Assembly (NCBI GenBank): GCA_027317865.1
Contig: DAHVQG010000003.1
Span: forward strand, 64,001-128,000
Direction: 5' to 3'
DNA from: Bdellovibrionales bacterium
GTDB taxonomy: Bacteria; Bdellovibrionota; Bdellovibrionia; Bdellovibrionales; UBA1609
DNA length: 64,000 nt
Part shown: positions 29,155 to 40,266 of the stretch, piece by piece
How positions within the stretch are numbered: position 1 is the stretch's first letter
How the letters are laid out: every line of letters begins with the position of its first letter
The notes under the pieces: model-generated
Database searches by the model: none
What the model was told of the DNA's origin: nothing
What the model saw: only the letters and a program-made list of their open reading frames with translations
Made by a program: the position numbers and the translations under genes

Positions 29155-30746
29155 ATTCAGTTTTGCGAATAGCATCTCGAAAAAGCGATTTGGCGCGATT
29201 GCAAGCCTACGAGGTGGGGCGTGCGATTTTGCGTGCTCATCCGGAAGTGCGGATAGAATATCGTTTTTCAAGTTCGCTTGGCGACGCGAATTTAAATGAC
29301 CCTTTGTGGAAAATGCCAGAAAAAGGCGTTTTCACAGCTGACTTGTCGGAAAAACTCGCGCTCGGGGAGTGTGACCTCGTCGTGCATTCTTGGAAGGATC
29401 TACCGACGGAAGTGAATCCTCGTACCGAAATTGTTGCAACACGACCGCGGGCTGATGTGCGTGACGTCGTATTAGTGAAACGCGATCACCTCATGAGACA
29501 CAGTGACGCCAAACTGCGAGCAAGCGGACCGCGCGGGGCAGTCGAGCCGCGTCCGTTTCAAGTGTTTTCGTCATCGCCTCGGCGTGAATATAATATTCGC
29601 GATTTTTTGCAATGGTCGTTGCCAACGCGGCAACAAATTATTTTTTCGCCGGTTCGGGGCAATGTGGCCACGCGTGCGCAAAAATATTGTGAAAATCAAA
29701 AAGTTTCGGCTTGGGTTGTCGCCAAAGCGGCGCTCGATCGTCTTTTGTCTTCGCAAGACGTTGCAAATGCTTCGCCAGCCGAGTTTGCGACTTCGCGGGC
29801 AATTTTAAGGAAGGCATTATCGATATCGAAGTTTCAGGTTTTGCCGGTTTCACAAGCTCCTACTGCTCCAGCGCAAGGGGCGCTTGCCGTTGAAATAGCG
29901 CGCGACCGTGAGGATATGCGTTCGCTGTTGCAGGCGATCAATGATCAAGCGACATGGTTTGATGTTTGTGCCGAGCGCGAAATATTTCAGCGCTACGGCG
30001 GGGGCTGCCATCAAAAAATTGGCATTACGTATGAGACGCGACCTTACGGGCAAATTCAAAATGGCCGGGGCCAAGGCGTTGATCAGAAATCGTTTTGGTT
30101 TACCCGGCTGGTTCAAGACCGCTCGCAATTTCAAATTCCAAAAACAACTAGAGAGCATATTTATCCGCTTGAAACGGGAGCAAATAATTTCGTTTCAGGG
30201 CGTCGTCTGATTCAATTTGATAGATCCGAGCTAAAGGATCGCGATTTATTTGTCGCGCGAGCGGATGCGTGGCCTGAAAATTTTGGCGAAGGTTTTTTAG
30301 ATAGCGACTGCATTGCCTGGGCGAGCGGAATTAAAACGTGGCGCAAACTGGCGGCGCGGGGCATTTGGGTCTCAGGCTGCCAAGACGGCCGCGGCGAGAC
30401 GGAACCAATGGCTCTTGAACACATACTTGGCCGTTTACCTCAATTTACGAAGTTAACTCATCGTGAGGGCGACACTGGGTCAAGCGAGCGCGAAGGTATG
30501 CCGATCGTCGCAACCTACGAGTTAGTTGATGCGCCTGAATCGGACCTGCCGGATTTAACCGGTAAAACCCATTTCTACTGGAGCAGTTTTTCGCAGTTTG
30601 AGCGGGCCGATCGTCATTTTCACGACGTACTTCAAAAAGGCTACCATTCTTGCGGCCCTGGGAGCACCTACGAGCGTCTTCGCAACGTGACGTCGCGAGT
30701 TTCTGTTTACCTTTCGCACGAATCGTGGCTACAAGATGTTTTATGA
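29151..30746 (+). CDS. hemC: Hydroxymethylbilane synthase with probable C-terminal uroporphyrinogen-III synthase-like domain
   Basis: [42 protein letters not shown]; ~200 aa extension with ATYEL, FYWSSFS, CGPGST. Confidence 0.9.
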   Translation: MNSVLRIASRKSDLARLQAYEVGRAILRAHPEVRIEYRFSSSLGDANLNDPLWKMPEKGVFTADLSEKLALGECDLVVHSWKDLPTEVNPRTEIVATRPRADVRDVVLVKRDHLMRHSDAKLRASGPRGAVEPRPFQVFSSSPRREYNIRDFLQWSLPTRQQIIFSPVRGNVATRAQKYCENQKVSAWVVAKAALDRLLSSQDVANASPAEFATSRAILRKALSISKFQVLPVSQAPTAPAQGALAVEIARDREDMRSLLQAINDQATWFDVCAEREIFQRYGGGCHQKIGITYETRPYGQIQNGRGQGVDQKSFWFTRLVQDRSQFQIPKTTREHIYPLETGANNFVSGRRLIQFDRSELKDRDLFVARADAWPENFGEGFLDSDCIAWASGIKTWRKLAARGIWVSGCQDGRGETEPMALEHILGRLPQFTKLTHREGDTGSSEREGMPIVATYELVDAPESDLPDLTGKTHFYWSSFSQFERADRHFHDVLQKGYHSCGPGSTYERLRNVTSRVSVYLSHESWLQDVL

Positions 30747-32080
30747 ACGAATTCGAAATGAACTCCCACGATTTGTTTGAACGGGCCAAAAGGGTTTCAC
30801 CCGGTGGTGTGCATAGTCCGGTGCGATCTTTTCGTTCCGTGGGTGGTGACCCGATTTTTTTTAAAACTGCGCAAGGCGCTTATCTGACTTCTGTCGAAAA
30901 TAAACGGTACATTGATTTTTGCCAGAGTTTCGGTCCGAACATTTTGGGCCACCGCGATCCGGATGTCGAAAGCGTCGTGCGAACGGCTGTGGCTGAAGCG
31001 TGGACATTCGGCGCGTGTGAACCCTATTCGCTTGAGCTTGCCGAGTGGATCACCTCCCGGTTGCCGTTTGTTGAATCGATCCGTTTTGTTTGTTCCGGAA
31101 CCGAAGCCGTGATGAGCGCACTTCGTGTGGCCCGGGCGGCGACAAAGCGTGATCTTGTTTTGAAATTCGATGGTTGCTATCACGGTCACGCCGATTCGCT
31201 TCTTGTCCGCGCGGGCAGTGGACTTGCCGGCAGCTCGGCATCGGACAGTGGCGGAGTTTCTTCGCAAGTTGCCAGTACAACCGTTGTGTGCCGGCTCGAC
31301 GATGAACGTGAATTTTCGAAGGCTGTGGCAAATTTCGGTCACGAACTTGCGGCGGTGATCATCGAACCTCTGCCGGCTAATTTTGGTTTGCTCCCGCAGA
31401 GAAGAGAGTGGATTGAACATGTGGTTAGGCGGGCGCGCTCTTGTGGGGCGCTTGTTATTTTCGACGAAGTCATTTCCGGTTTTCGCGTTGGGCTGGGTGG
31501 CATGGCTGAACAGCTCGGAATAAAACCGGATCTCGTAACCTACGGTAAGATTATCGGCGGAGGGTTTCCGGTTGGCGCCTATGCGGGCCGGCGTGACCTT
31601 ATGGAGCTTGTGGCCCCTACGGGTCCGGTTTATCAAGCTGGAACGCTCGCGGCTAATCCGATCGGCATGCGCGCGGGGCTTGCGACATTAAAGAAAATTG
31701 AAACTCACCATGTTTATACTGAACTCGAAAGCCGAGCGAAATATTTCGGCGATTGGGTCTCAGCCGAACTTAATGCGCGCGATTTGCCGGTGCGATTGGT
31801 ACGGCGTGCGAGCTTGTTTTGGTTGCATCCGATTCCTGAAAATCTTGGCAGCGAAACGACGCCAGAAGCGGCAGGTGAGCGGATGATTAGAAGACCGGAC
31901 CAAATGCATCCCGAAGCACGCGAGTGGTATTCGCGATTTTTTCGCCATGCGCTTAATGCCGGTGTATATTTGCCGCCCAGCCCCTATGAAGTGTGTTTTA
32001 TTTCGTTAGCCCATACACCTGAAATTTTGCAAGCAGCCGGCGAAATTTTGGTTGCGGCCGCAGAAAAGGCGGTCAAGTGA
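30743..32080 (+). CDS. hemL: Glutamate-1-semialdehyde 2,1-aminomutase
   Basis: [60 protein letters not shown]. Confidence 0.96.
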   Translation: MNEFEMNSHDLFERAKRVSPGGVHSPVRSFRSVGGDPIFFKTAQGAYLTSVENKRYIDFCQSFGPNILGHRDPDVESVVRTAVAEAWTFGACEPYSLELAEWITSRLPFVESIRFVCSGTEAVMSALRVARAATKRDLVLKFDGCYHGHADSLLVRAGSGLAGSSASDSGGVSSQVASTTVVCRLDDEREFSKAVANFGHELAAVIIEPLPANFGLLPQRREWIEHVVRRARSCGALVIFDEVISGFRVGLGGMAEQLGIKPDLVTYGKIIGGGFPVGAYAGRRDLMELVAPTGPVYQAGTLAANPIGMRAGLATLKKIETHHVYTELESRAKYFGDWVSAELNARDLPVRLVRRASLFWLHPIPENLGSETTPEAAGERMIRRPDQMHPEAREWYSRFFRHALNAGVYLPPSPYEVCFISLAHTPEILQAAGEILVAAAEKAVK

Positions 32081-32985
32081 ACTGGCGCCTTTTTCTTGCT
32101 ACGTTTTTACACGCGTTTATTTTCGTTTTGATTTTGTGGTGGATGATTTTTGCGGTTTCGCTTATCGATCGGTATGAACCGTCGAGCACCATGGTACAGC
32201 ATCGCAACATGCTCATGTGGGAGGGCGGCACGCTGCTCTTTCTAGTTCTCGTCACGGGCGGCATCACGGTCTATCTTCTTTTGCGTGAAAAGCGGCAAAT
32301 GCAAAAGCTTGAAGAGTTTGTGGCCGGCTTTACTCACGATTTAAAAACGGCATTGGCGCGCGTGCGGCTTCAAACCGAAAGTTTGCGCGCCGATAACCGC
32401 GATTCTTCGCTTAATGAATTGTTCAACCGTCTTATCACAGATACTTCGCGACTTGAAACACAAGTGCAGAATTCGCTTTTTATTGGCGCACACTCCCGAC
32501 CCCGCCCGTCTACCGGTTCATCTTTGCATCCCGAAGCGCGATCGCTTCTTTCGCTTGTTGACCTTTTGCAAGATTCCTGGCCACAAATTGAAATAGTTGC
32601 GGATATGAACGGCAGCTCCGATGCTGTTCTCAATGTGGACGGGCGAGCGATGGAGTCGGTGCTGAGCAACCTGATTCACAATTCGATTATTCACGGGCAA
32701 GCCACTCGCGTCACGATTCAGGCTAAAAGTATGATTACGAGCTCAAAGGGCGGTGCCGTTGCGAACGGAGTGCGATTGCGCGTATTTGATAACGGTCATG
32801 GGTTTCATGGCGACGTCAAACGGTTGGGTGAAATGTTTTTTCGCCATAACCCTTCGAGCGGGAGTGGTTTGGGGCTGTTTACGGTAAAAAGCTATGTTGA
32901 GCGCATGCAGGGTTCGGTCAAATTCGAAACGTTGCACGATGGATTTTGCATAGAGATCGTTCTGCCGGGGATAATGAAAACATGA
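32077..32985 (+). CDS. Two-TM sensor histidine kinase embedded in the hem operon
   Basis: THDLKT H-box, NLIHNS N-box, DNGHG, GSGLGL. Confidence 0.92.
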   Translation: MNWRLFLATFLHAFIFVLILWWMIFAVSLIDRYEPSSTMVQHRNMLMWEGGTLLFLVLVTGGITVYLLLREKRQMQKLEEFVAGFTHDLKTALARVRLQTESLRADNRDSSLNELFNRLITDTSRLETQVQNSLFIGAHSRPRPSTGSSLHPEARSLLSLVDLLQDSWPQIEIVADMNGSSDAVLNVDGRAMESVLSNLIHNSIIHGQATRVTIQAKSMITSSKGGAVANGVRLRVFDNGHGFHGDVKRLGEMFFRHNPSSGSGLGLFTVKSYVERMQGSVKFETLHDGFCIEIVLPGIMKT

Positions 32986-33680
32986 AAAATTCGGCGGTAA
33001 CAAGTTCGCGGGTATTTTTGCTTGAAGACGATCAAAGTCTTGGCGTCACTTTGACTGAACGTTTGCACAAAGAAGGCTTCGATGTGAAATGGGCGCGGTC
33101 CATTGGCGAAATAAATAAACAAGAGTTAGCAAATACTTTTGATCTTTTAATTTTAGATGTGGGTTTACCCGACGGCAGCGGGTTTGAAGTAGGTAAAGAA
33201 ATTCGCTCCACCAGCGATGTGCCGATCATATTTTTAACGGCGCAAAGTTCGGCCGAAGACCGGCTACGCGGTTACGAAATTGGCGCAGAAGAATTTATTC
33301 CAAAACCGTTTCATTTGAGAGAACTATTTTTGCGCGTGCGGCACGTTCTTCGTAATCATCCCCGAAGTCAAAAATTGACCCTGGCCGATGTGACCGTCGA
33401 CTTCGCGTCTTTATCGGTCGAGCGTTCAAACGGCGACGGAGACCTTACAAAAGAAAAACTCAACGCCAAAGAGGCCCGCGTATTGCGGCTTTTGATAGAG
33501 CGTTCCCCGAGTGTTGTCAGTCGAGACGAACTTCTTGATCGTGTTTGGGGGGTGAACGAATACCCATCGAATCGAACTGTTGATAATGTGATCGTTCGTT
33601 TACGACAGCTTTTAGGGCCCATTGCAGGCCAGAAAATTGTTTCGGTTCGCGGGATAGGTTATCAGTGGGTGCAATCGTGA
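32982..33680 (+). CDS. OmpR/PhoB-family response regulator (HemR-like)
   Basis: LLEDD, LDVGLPDGSG, FLTA, KPF, winged helix SRDELLDRVWG...RTVDNVIVRLR...VRGIGY. Confidence 0.93.
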   Translation: MKNSAVTSSRVFLLEDDQSLGVTLTERLHKEGFDVKWARSIGEINKQELANTFDLLILDVGLPDGSGFEVGKEIRSTSDVPIIFLTAQSSAEDRLRGYEIGAEEFIPKPFHLRELFLRVRHVLRNHPRSQKLTLADVTVDFASLSVERSNGDGDLTKEKLNAKEARVLRLLIERSPSVVSRDELLDRVWGVNEYPSNRTVDNVIVRLRQLLGPIAGQKIVSVRGIGYQWVQS

Positions 33681-34699
33681 CGACCAACGAGCATGCCCGT
33701 GTTGGCAATATAAAATTTCAAAATGCGTGCGCGAAGAAAGCACAAAACGTGCCGCCGATCTGGTTTATGCGACAGGCGGGCCGCTACCACCGGCACTATC
33801 AGAAATTGCGCGAACGCTATACGTTTATGCAACTTTGCAAAGAACCTGAACTTGCGGCAGAGGTTGCACTTGGGCCTGTTCGCGATTTCGATTTTGATGT
33901 TGCCATCTTGTTTAGCGATCTTTTATTTCCTCTTGAAGCTCTGGGGATGAAACTCGCATACAACCCCGCGCCACAATTTGAAAGCCCCCTCGACGCAAAA
34001 ATGTTTAAGCGATTGCGCGGCGTGGATGAAGCCGCCAAACATCTGGAGTTTCAAAAGCGGGCAATGCAGCTGACGCGCGAAACGCTACCTAATGAGAAAA
34101 GTTTAATTGGTTTTGTTGGCGGCCCGTGGACATTGTTCAACTATGCGACAGGCGCGAACATCGCCGACAGGGGATTATTTATAAAATTCTCCTTAGTGAT
34201 GCTGGAGCTTCTCAAACGAAATATCGCGCTTCAATTAGAAGGTGGCGCCGAAATTGTGATGATTTTCGATACGTCGGCAGGTGAACTTGACCCCGTGTTG
34301 TTTGATGAGTTGGTTTGTCCGGGAATTCAGGAGCTGGCCGGTATGTTTCCACATCGTCTCGGATACTATTCGAAGCAAACTCAAGTGCATCATATCTCGA
34401 AGTTTTTTATCGAAACGAATCTCGCGGGAATTGGTCTCGATCATCACTGGGATTTGAGTGCAGCGCTCAGAGATAAACATACCGGATTTATTCAAGGTAA
34501 CTTCAACCAGTCCTTAATGCTGCTCGAGCCGAGTGAATTTGAAAAGCAGCTGCAGAAGTGGCTTGCCCCCCTATGCGAAATGCGCGCTGAAGACCGCGCC
34601 GGTTGGGTTTGCGGTTTGGGGCACGGGGTGTTGCCGAAAACTCCCGAAGAAAATGTGCGTCGATTGGTACAAAAAGTGCGTGAGGCATTTTCAAAATGA
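33677..34699 (+). CDS. hemE: Uroporphyrinogen decarboxylase
   Basis: PIWFMRQAGRY, AILFSD, IGFVGGPWTL, LGHGVLPKTP. Confidence 0.96.
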   Translation: MTTNEHARVGNIKFQNACAKKAQNVPPIWFMRQAGRYHRHYQKLRERYTFMQLCKEPELAAEVALGPVRDFDFDVAILFSDLLFPLEALGMKLAYNPAPQFESPLDAKMFKRLRGVDEAAKHLEFQKRAMQLTRETLPNEKSLIGFVGGPWTLFNYATGANIADRGLFIKFSLVMLELLKRNIALQLEGGAEIVMIFDTSAGELDPVLFDELVCPGIQELAGMFPHRLGYYSKQTQVHHISKFFIETNLAGIGLDHHWDLSAALRDKHTGFIQGNFNQSLMLLEPSEFEKQLQKWLAPLCEMRAEDRAGWVCGLGHGVLPKTPEENVRRLVQKVREAFSK

Positions 34700-36024
34700 A
34701 AAAAGTTTGCATTATCGGCGGCGGTTTTAGCGGGCTGAGCCTGGCCTACTATCTGTCGCGTGCTGGCGTAAAAGTTGAACTATTTGAAAAGTCGGATCGA
34801 CTCGGTGGTCTAATTTCGACCTTATCTTTGGGATGGGGGAAGGTTGAAACTGCGGCCAGCGGTTTAATCGGATCACCACTTGTTGACGATCTGATTCATG
34901 AGCTAGATCTTGAATATGCGGATCGGCCTAACCAATCTACCCGCGCCCGTTACGTCTTTCGCGAGCGCCCACGAAAGTGGCCTTTACGTGTGGGCGAAAC
35001 GTTGCGGCTGACGCAGGGCCTATCTAAAATCGGTTTGCACCGGGCATTAAACGGTGTTCGTAATGCCGGCAATGAAACAAGCGGGGCTAAACCCCTTGGC
35101 ATAACGGCCAAAGAATGGGTGAGTCGACAATTCGGAGCGAGTGCATTCGATTATCTCATCGGTCCGGCTCTGCAAGGAGTGCTCGGAACCGACGACGTGG
35201 CCGCTGACACATTACTTGACTACGTTCGGGGCATGCGAAAAAAGGGCCGGAGTAAGGGTCAAAACGACGGGTTTAAAAATGGCGACAATCAAAAACGCTA
35301 CCCCCGCGGAACAGTTTCGCCAAAACAGGGTATGGGTGATCTTATATTAGCCTTATCGAAGAAGGTCGAAGAATTGGGTTGCATTACACATTTGAACACG
35401 GCGGCTGAATGGCGCGATGACATCACGACCGTGATTGCGGCACCGGCCTACGTCGCCGCTGGAATGGTTTCCGAACGCTTGCCGGAGTTGGCGCACGAGC
35501 TTGCCAAAATTCAATATTTGCCGCTGACAACCGCGACCGTGGCTTTTTCACAAAATGACGGGCACGACGAGATAACAAATGGATTTGGTTGCCTGTTCCC
35601 GAAGAGCGAGAAATTTAACGCTTTGGGGGTGTTGTTTTCGAGTTCCATTTTTGACCGTCCCCATGACGGCGAGATCGAGACGTGGTTGTTCGGCGGCCCG
35701 CAAGCTTCAGATGAAATCATTATAAATAAAATCTGTATCGACCGCGCACGGTTATTGCGTCGAATAGCTGGCGGCAATGAAGTGCATCGAAAGTTGCTTA
35801 AGAATTTTAAAATTACCCACTGGTCGCGCGCCTTACCGCATTACGATTTATCAACCAGCGAGGTGTTGCGTAAAGTGCCGCGGATTTTGGCCGATTCACG
35901 CAATGCCCGGCGGGGCCATGGTGCCGGGCTGTATCTCACCGGAAATTATCTGGGTGAGATAGGATTGGGGCGAATTCTTGCGCGTAATTTTGAACTCGCG
36001 CGGCAGATTGCGAGTGATATTTGA
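34696..36024 (+). CDS. hemY: HemY-type FAD-dependent proto/coproporphyrinogen oxidase
   Basis: IIGGGFSGL...EKSDRLGG, GFGCLFP, LGVLFSS, ALPHY, GNYLGEIG. Confidence 0.85.
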   Translation: MKKVCIIGGGFSGLSLAYYLSRAGVKVELFEKSDRLGGLISTLSLGWGKVETAASGLIGSPLVDDLIHELDLEYADRPNQSTRARYVFRERPRKWPLRVGETLRLTQGLSKIGLHRALNGVRNAGNETSGAKPLGITAKEWVSRQFGASAFDYLIGPALQGVLGTDDVAADTLLDYVRGMRKKGRSKGQNDGFKNGDNQKRYPRGTVSPKQGMGDLILALSKKVEELGCITHLNTAAEWRDDITTVIAAPAYVAAGMVSERLPELAHELAKIQYLPLTTATVAFSQNDGHDEITNGFGCLFPKSEKFNALGVLFSSSIFDRPHDGEIETWLFGGPQASDEIIINKICIDRARLLRRIAGGNEVHRKLLKNFKITHWSRALPHYDLSTSEVLRKVPRILADSRNARRGHGAGLYLTGNYLGEIGLGRILARNFELARQIASDI

Positions 36025-37016
36025 AAAATAACGCACTTCTCGTGATGAATCTTGGCAGTCCGAAGTCAACTTCTGTTGGTGATGTCGGCGCGTATTTACG
36101 TGAATTTCTGATGGATCCGTACGTGATTGACTTGCCGTGGTTGTTTCGATGGTTTCTGGTGAATGTCGTAATTGTACCGTTTCGCTCGCCAAAGTCGGCT
36201 CAGTTGTACAATAAGATTTGGCGCGAAAAGACAGGCTCGCCGCTTTTACACATATCAAAAAAGTTTGTCGAAAAATTGCAAGATCAATTTGTGTCTTCCG
36301 AAGACATCAAACAAGTGAAGTTGGCGATGCGTTACGGTGAGCCCGATCTTCGCGCGACGCTGAACCGAATGCTGAATGAACTGTCGAGCATTGATAAGCT
36401 CTATGTTTTGCCCATGTACCCGCAGTACGCGGAGTCTTCGACGAAAAGCGCTCTCGTTAGAGTACGACAAATTTTGCGGGAGCTTCAGTTTGGTGGCGAA
36501 ATAGTTGAGTGCCGCGGTTTCTTTAGGCATCCCGGGTTTATTGAGTGCGTAACGAAGAAAATTGTAACTGAAATTGAGACTTTTCAACCCGATCATTTGC
36601 TCCTCAGTTATCATGGTCTGCCCATGCGACAGGTTGGCAGTTATCGGGATGAATGTCTTGCGACGACGGCGGCGATTTCGGAGGAGCTGGATAAGCGCGG
36701 CGCGTGGCCAAAAGAGAAGGTCTCAACGGGGTTTCAATCGCGACTCAACGAGCGCTGGATTCAACCTTTTTCAGACCACTTCTACCGAACTTTACCGGCG
36801 CAAGGAGTGCGAAAATTGTTGGTGGCTTGCCCTTCTTTTGTCGCCGATTGTTTAGAAACACTTGAAGAAGTGGCGATTCGCGGTCGCGATGAATTTTGTG
36901 CGCACGGGGGCGGAGATTTGCGGCTGGTACCTTGCTTGAATGACTTTGACGAGTGGGTGAACGCGGTCGCTGACATTGTGCGGGATCAAAATTATTGGCA
37001 AGTTTATCAACTTTGA
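36021..37016 (+). CDS. hemH: Ferrochelatase
   Basis: NLGSP, MRYGEP, MYPQY, SYHGLP, FQSR, FVADCLETLEE. Confidence 0.96.
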   Translation: MKNNALLVMNLGSPKSTSVGDVGAYLREFLMDPYVIDLPWLFRWFLVNVVIVPFRSPKSAQLYNKIWREKTGSPLLHISKKFVEKLQDQFVSSEDIKQVKLAMRYGEPDLRATLNRMLNELSSIDKLYVLPMYPQYAESSTKSALVRVRQILRELQFGGEIVECRGFFRHPGFIECVTKKIVTEIETFQPDHLLLSYHGLPMRQVGSYRDECLATTAAISEELDKRGAWPKEKVSTGFQSRLNERWIQPFSDHFYRTLPAQGVRKLLVACPSFVADCLETLEEVAIRGRDEFCAHGGGDLRLVPCLNDFDEWVNAVADIVRDQNYWQVYQL

Positions 37017-37028
37017 TAAGGCACGAAT

Positions 37029-37790
37029 GTGAAACGATTGAGACAAAAGCATTTTCGGCGGTATTTGCTGACCCGAGAAGAATTGTGTTCGGCGGCACAT
37101 ATTTCCGAGTTGCATCCTCGAATCGCGCAATTATACCGACAGTGGCGAATGGGGCAATTGGGCGACGTTGAAGTCGTGAGTGAGTATATCTTGAATTTTT
37201 TGCGCGTCTTTCGCCCGCGCGATTATTTAGGCGGGCCGCATAATCGGAATTTATTTGGACCGGAACTGCGGCAGCAAGTGTTCTTGCATGACGAAGGCGA
37301 TTCTCTAAACGAGCTTATGGGTGTGCCCATTTTCGCAAAATATTCTCTGCGATCAGTACCGCTTGCCGTCAATCGCGCAATAGTGGGGTGGGCTCAGAAG
37401 CGCTATTCCTTGCGCTTGCTAGATTATATCCCCTCCGCTGAGAAACTTCTTAAGTGGCAGGCTTCGGGTGAACGCATTGTTACTTGTTTATTCAAACCTA
37501 CCGAATTGACGGACTGGGTAAGCGACTCACGCGATCCGTTAGGATTTGTTTTGCACGATCTGATTCACGCGGATCATTTTTTTCGCGATCCCGCTCTATG
37601 TGCGAGCCAAGTTGAGTTTTATCGTGAAGTTAGTGAGAAAATGGAGCGGGGTGAGTATTTACGAATTTTGAGCGATGCGGGTCGCCGTGCGGAATTTGAG
37701 TACATCGTGAGCGACATGAATTCTCATCCTGCGCACTTGCGGGCCTGTTTGTTGTGGCTCGAACGTACGAGTGGTAGCGTGGGGATATGA
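37029..37790 (+). CDS. Hypothetical protein with His-rich motif
   Basis: RDPLGFVLHDLIHADHF and SDMNSHPAH; 12 nt after hemH and coupled to arfB. Confidence 0.7.
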   Translation: MKRLRQKHFRRYLLTREELCSAAHISELHPRIAQLYRQWRMGQLGDVEVVSEYILNFLRVFRPRDYLGGPHNRNLFGPELRQQVFLHDEGDSLNELMGVPIFAKYSLRSVPLAVNRAIVGWAQKRYSLRLLDYIPSAEKLLKWQASGERIVTCLFKPTELTDWVSDSRDPLGFVLHDLIHADHFFRDPALCASQVEFYREVSEKMERGEYLRILSDAGRRAEFEYIVSDMNSHPAHLRACLLWLERTSGSVGI

Positions 37791-38197
37791 AACCTATCGA
37801 CGTGGCTCAACTTCGTCGCGAAGTTTGGTTTGAGGCTGTTGCAAGTCGAGGACCTGGCGGGCAAAACGTCAACAAAGTCGCTTCGGCAGCCCTATTGCTT
37901 TGGGATATTCACGCCTCACGGGCGCTAACTGACGTTGAGAAGCTGCGAATCATCCCGAAATTTCGCAAGATCATCAATCGCGCGGGTGTGGTTTTTATTC
38001 GCTCCGACGAATTTCGTGATCTTGAGCAAAATAAATCGCGGTCATTTGAAAAACTCGTTTCGCGTTTAGATCAGGCACGGCATGTGCCTAAACCGCGACG
38101 ACCGACAAAACCGACGCGCGCATCAAAAATAAAGCGACATGAAACTAAAAAGCGGCGCGGTGAAAGAAAAAAACTGCGCAGTCGCGTGGAGTACTAG
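37787..38197 (+). CDS. arfB: Alternative ribosome-rescue factor B
   Basis: SRGPGGQNVNKV plus basic tail RRPTKPTRASK. Confidence 0.93.
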   Translation: MKPIDVAQLRREVWFEAVASRGPGGQNVNKVASAALLLWDIHASRALTDVEKLRIIPKFRKIINRAGVVFIRSDEFRDLEQNKSRSFEKLVSRLDQARHVPKPRRPTKPTRASKIKRHETKKRRGERKKLRSRVEY

Positions 38198-38347
38198 GGG
38201 GTATCAATGAAAAGAACCGGTGGTTGCTTTTGCGGCTGGTTGGTCGACCCCACAATTGTCTTTATTGTTTTGCGCCCCTGCAATAATTGGGGTTATAACG
38301 CTAAACCTGCATAAGCATGAAAAAACAGTCGATGAAAGCGAGGCGCA

Positions 38348-39304
38348 ATGCTGTACAACAATATTCTTGAAACCATCGGCCGTACGCCGCTCGTTCGGCT
38401 CAACCACATTGGCAAAGAGTACGCGTGTACCTTTTGGGCGAAGTGCGAATATTTCAATCCAGGTGGGTCTGTCAAAGATCGTATTGCTTACCGGATGATT
38501 CTAGAAGCCGAAAAATCGGGTCGAATCAAAAAAGGCGACACTCTTATTGAAGCGACTTCCGGTAATACCGGTATTGGAATTGCGCTTGCCGGTGCGGTTC
38601 TCGGTTACAAAGTGATCATTACGATGCCGGCTAAGATGAGCCGTGAAAAACAAGTTGTTCTCGAAGCGCTGGGAGCAAAAATCGTGCGCACTCCCACTGA
38701 GGCGGCATTTGATTCACCTGAAAGTCACATTAGTGTCGCTCGAAAAATGCAAAAAGAAATTCCGCGTTCGTACATTCTTGACCAATATCGGAACGCCGAC
38801 AATCCGCGCGTTCATTACGAAACTACGGCCGCAGAAATTGTAGAAGATTTAAACGGCCAAGTGGATATGGTGGTGATGGGCGCGGGCACGGGTGGCACGC
38901 TCGCGGGAGTGGCCGATCGGCTCAAAAAAGAAAACCCAAAAATTCAAATCGTGGGGGCTGACCCCGAAGGTTCGATTCTTGCTGGACCGAGCGAAGTGAA
39001 ATCATATGCTGTCGAGGGTATAGGCTACGATTTTATCCCCGAAGTGATGAAGGATGCGAAAGTTGATCGTTGGGTAAAAACCAACGACCGTGAATCGTTT
39101 CTACTCGCGCGGCGAATGATCCGCGAAGAGGGAATTCTTTGCGGTGGATCAACAGGATCGGCACTGCAAGCGGCGTTGGCGTGTGCGCCGTCATTAAAAA
39201 AGGGGCAGAATTTAGTTGTGATTGTTCCCGATAGCGTGCGTAATTATATGACGAAATTTTTAGACGACGATTGGATGAACAAGAACGGTTTTATGAATGC
39301 GTAA
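38348..39304 (+). CDS. Cystathionine beta-synthase-like PLP enzyme (catalytic core only)
   Basis: [51 protein letters not shown]. Confidence 0.9.
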   Translation: MLYNNILETIGRTPLVRLNHIGKEYACTFWAKCEYFNPGGSVKDRIAYRMILEAEKSGRIKKGDTLIEATSGNTGIGIALAGAVLGYKVIITMPAKMSREKQVVLEALGAKIVRTPTEAAFDSPESHISVARKMQKEIPRSYILDQYRNADNPRVHYETTAAEIVEDLNGQVDMVVMGAGTGGTLAGVADRLKKENPKIQIVGADPEGSILAGPSEVKSYAVEGIGYDFIPEVMKDAKVDRWVKTNDRESFLLARRMIREEGILCGGSTGSALQAALACAPSLKKGQNLVVIVPDSVRNYMTKFLDDDWMNKNGFMNA

Positions 39305-39354
39305 CAACGCGGCGACCTTATTGTAATTCGACTGCACTTCGGCGACGATAAAAC

Positions 39355-40257
39355 ATGAAAATCGCAATTTTAACTACCAGTCCGAACAATTACTCGAATC
39401 GGCGAATTATTTTCGAAGCCGAGAAACGCGGCCATACGGTCGTGCTCGTCAATTATTTGCGTTGCTATCTAAAAGTTACTCCAAAAGATTGCGCCATTTT
39501 CTATGCTGGGCACGAGCTGCGCGATTTTGACGCTGTCATTCCACGCGTTGGGGCTTCGCATACGTTTTTTGGCGCGGCGGTTGTACGGCAGTTTGAAATT
39601 ATGAAGACGCTTTGTTTGAACTCGTCGCTCGGTATCACGCGATCACGCGACAAATTGCGTGCGCTACAAACACTCGCTCGCCGCGGATTTATGATACCCG
39701 ATACGGGTTCGTCTCATTCGACGAATGACGTTGGCGGTCTGATCGACGTCGTCGGGGGCACCCCATTGGTTGTAAAACTTGTCGAGGGGACTCAAGGTTT
39801 AGGAGTGGTGTTGACCCGCACGCGCAAGGCGGCCGAATCGGTGATCCAGGCCTTTTGCGGCATGCGTTCAGACATTCTCGTGCAAGATTTTATTAGCGAA
39901 GCTCGCGGCGCCGATGTGCGGTTATTCGTGGTCGGCGAAAAGGTAGTGGCATCGATGCTTCGTAAAGCCGCCAAAGGCGATTTTCGATCGAACGTGCACC
40001 GTGGAGGTTCGGCGAGGCCCATAAAAATATCCCAGCGCGAACGTTCGATGGCTGTTCGCGCGGCCCGACATCTTGGTCTGCGCGTTGCTGGAGTTGACAT
40101 CATTCGGTCAAAGCGTGGCCCGATGATTCTTGAAGTCAATTCTTCGCCGGGGCTTGAAGGCATCGAATCCACAACTGGTGTTAATGTTGCAGAAGAAATC
40201 GTGCGCTATCTTGAGCGACAGAGTCAACGGCACCAAACAAAAAATATTCAGACGTAG
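39355..40257 (+). CDS. rimK: Ribosomal protein S6 glutamate ligase (ATP-grasp)
   Basis: DAVIPRVGAS, RSRDKLR, EGTQGLGV, FRSNVHRGG, EVNSSPGLEGIE. Confidence 0.93.
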   Translation: MKIAILTTSPNNYSNRRIIFEAEKRGHTVVLVNYLRCYLKVTPKDCAIFYAGHELRDFDAVIPRVGASHTFFGAAVVRQFEIMKTLCLNSSLGITRSRDKLRALQTLARRGFMIPDTGSSHSTNDVGGLIDVVGGTPLVVKLVEGTQGLGVVLTRTRKAAESVIQAFCGMRSDILVQDFISEARGADVRLFVVGEKVVASMLRKAAKGDFRSNVHRGGSARPIKISQRERSMAVRAARHLGLRVAGVDIIRSKRGPMILEVNSSPGLEGIESTTGVNVAEEIVRYLERQSQRHQTKNIQT

Positions 40258-40266
40258 CAGCAAGTT

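Noticed and set aside
30797-31636. 279-aa minus-strand ORF
   Set aside because: Antisense shadow of hemL with no recognisable motif; the same applies to other short nested ORFs in the track.
39324-39351. Sigma28-type promoter before rimK
   Set aside because: TAAT-N16-GACGATAA deviates in both boxes and spacing and ends only 3 nt from the ATG.
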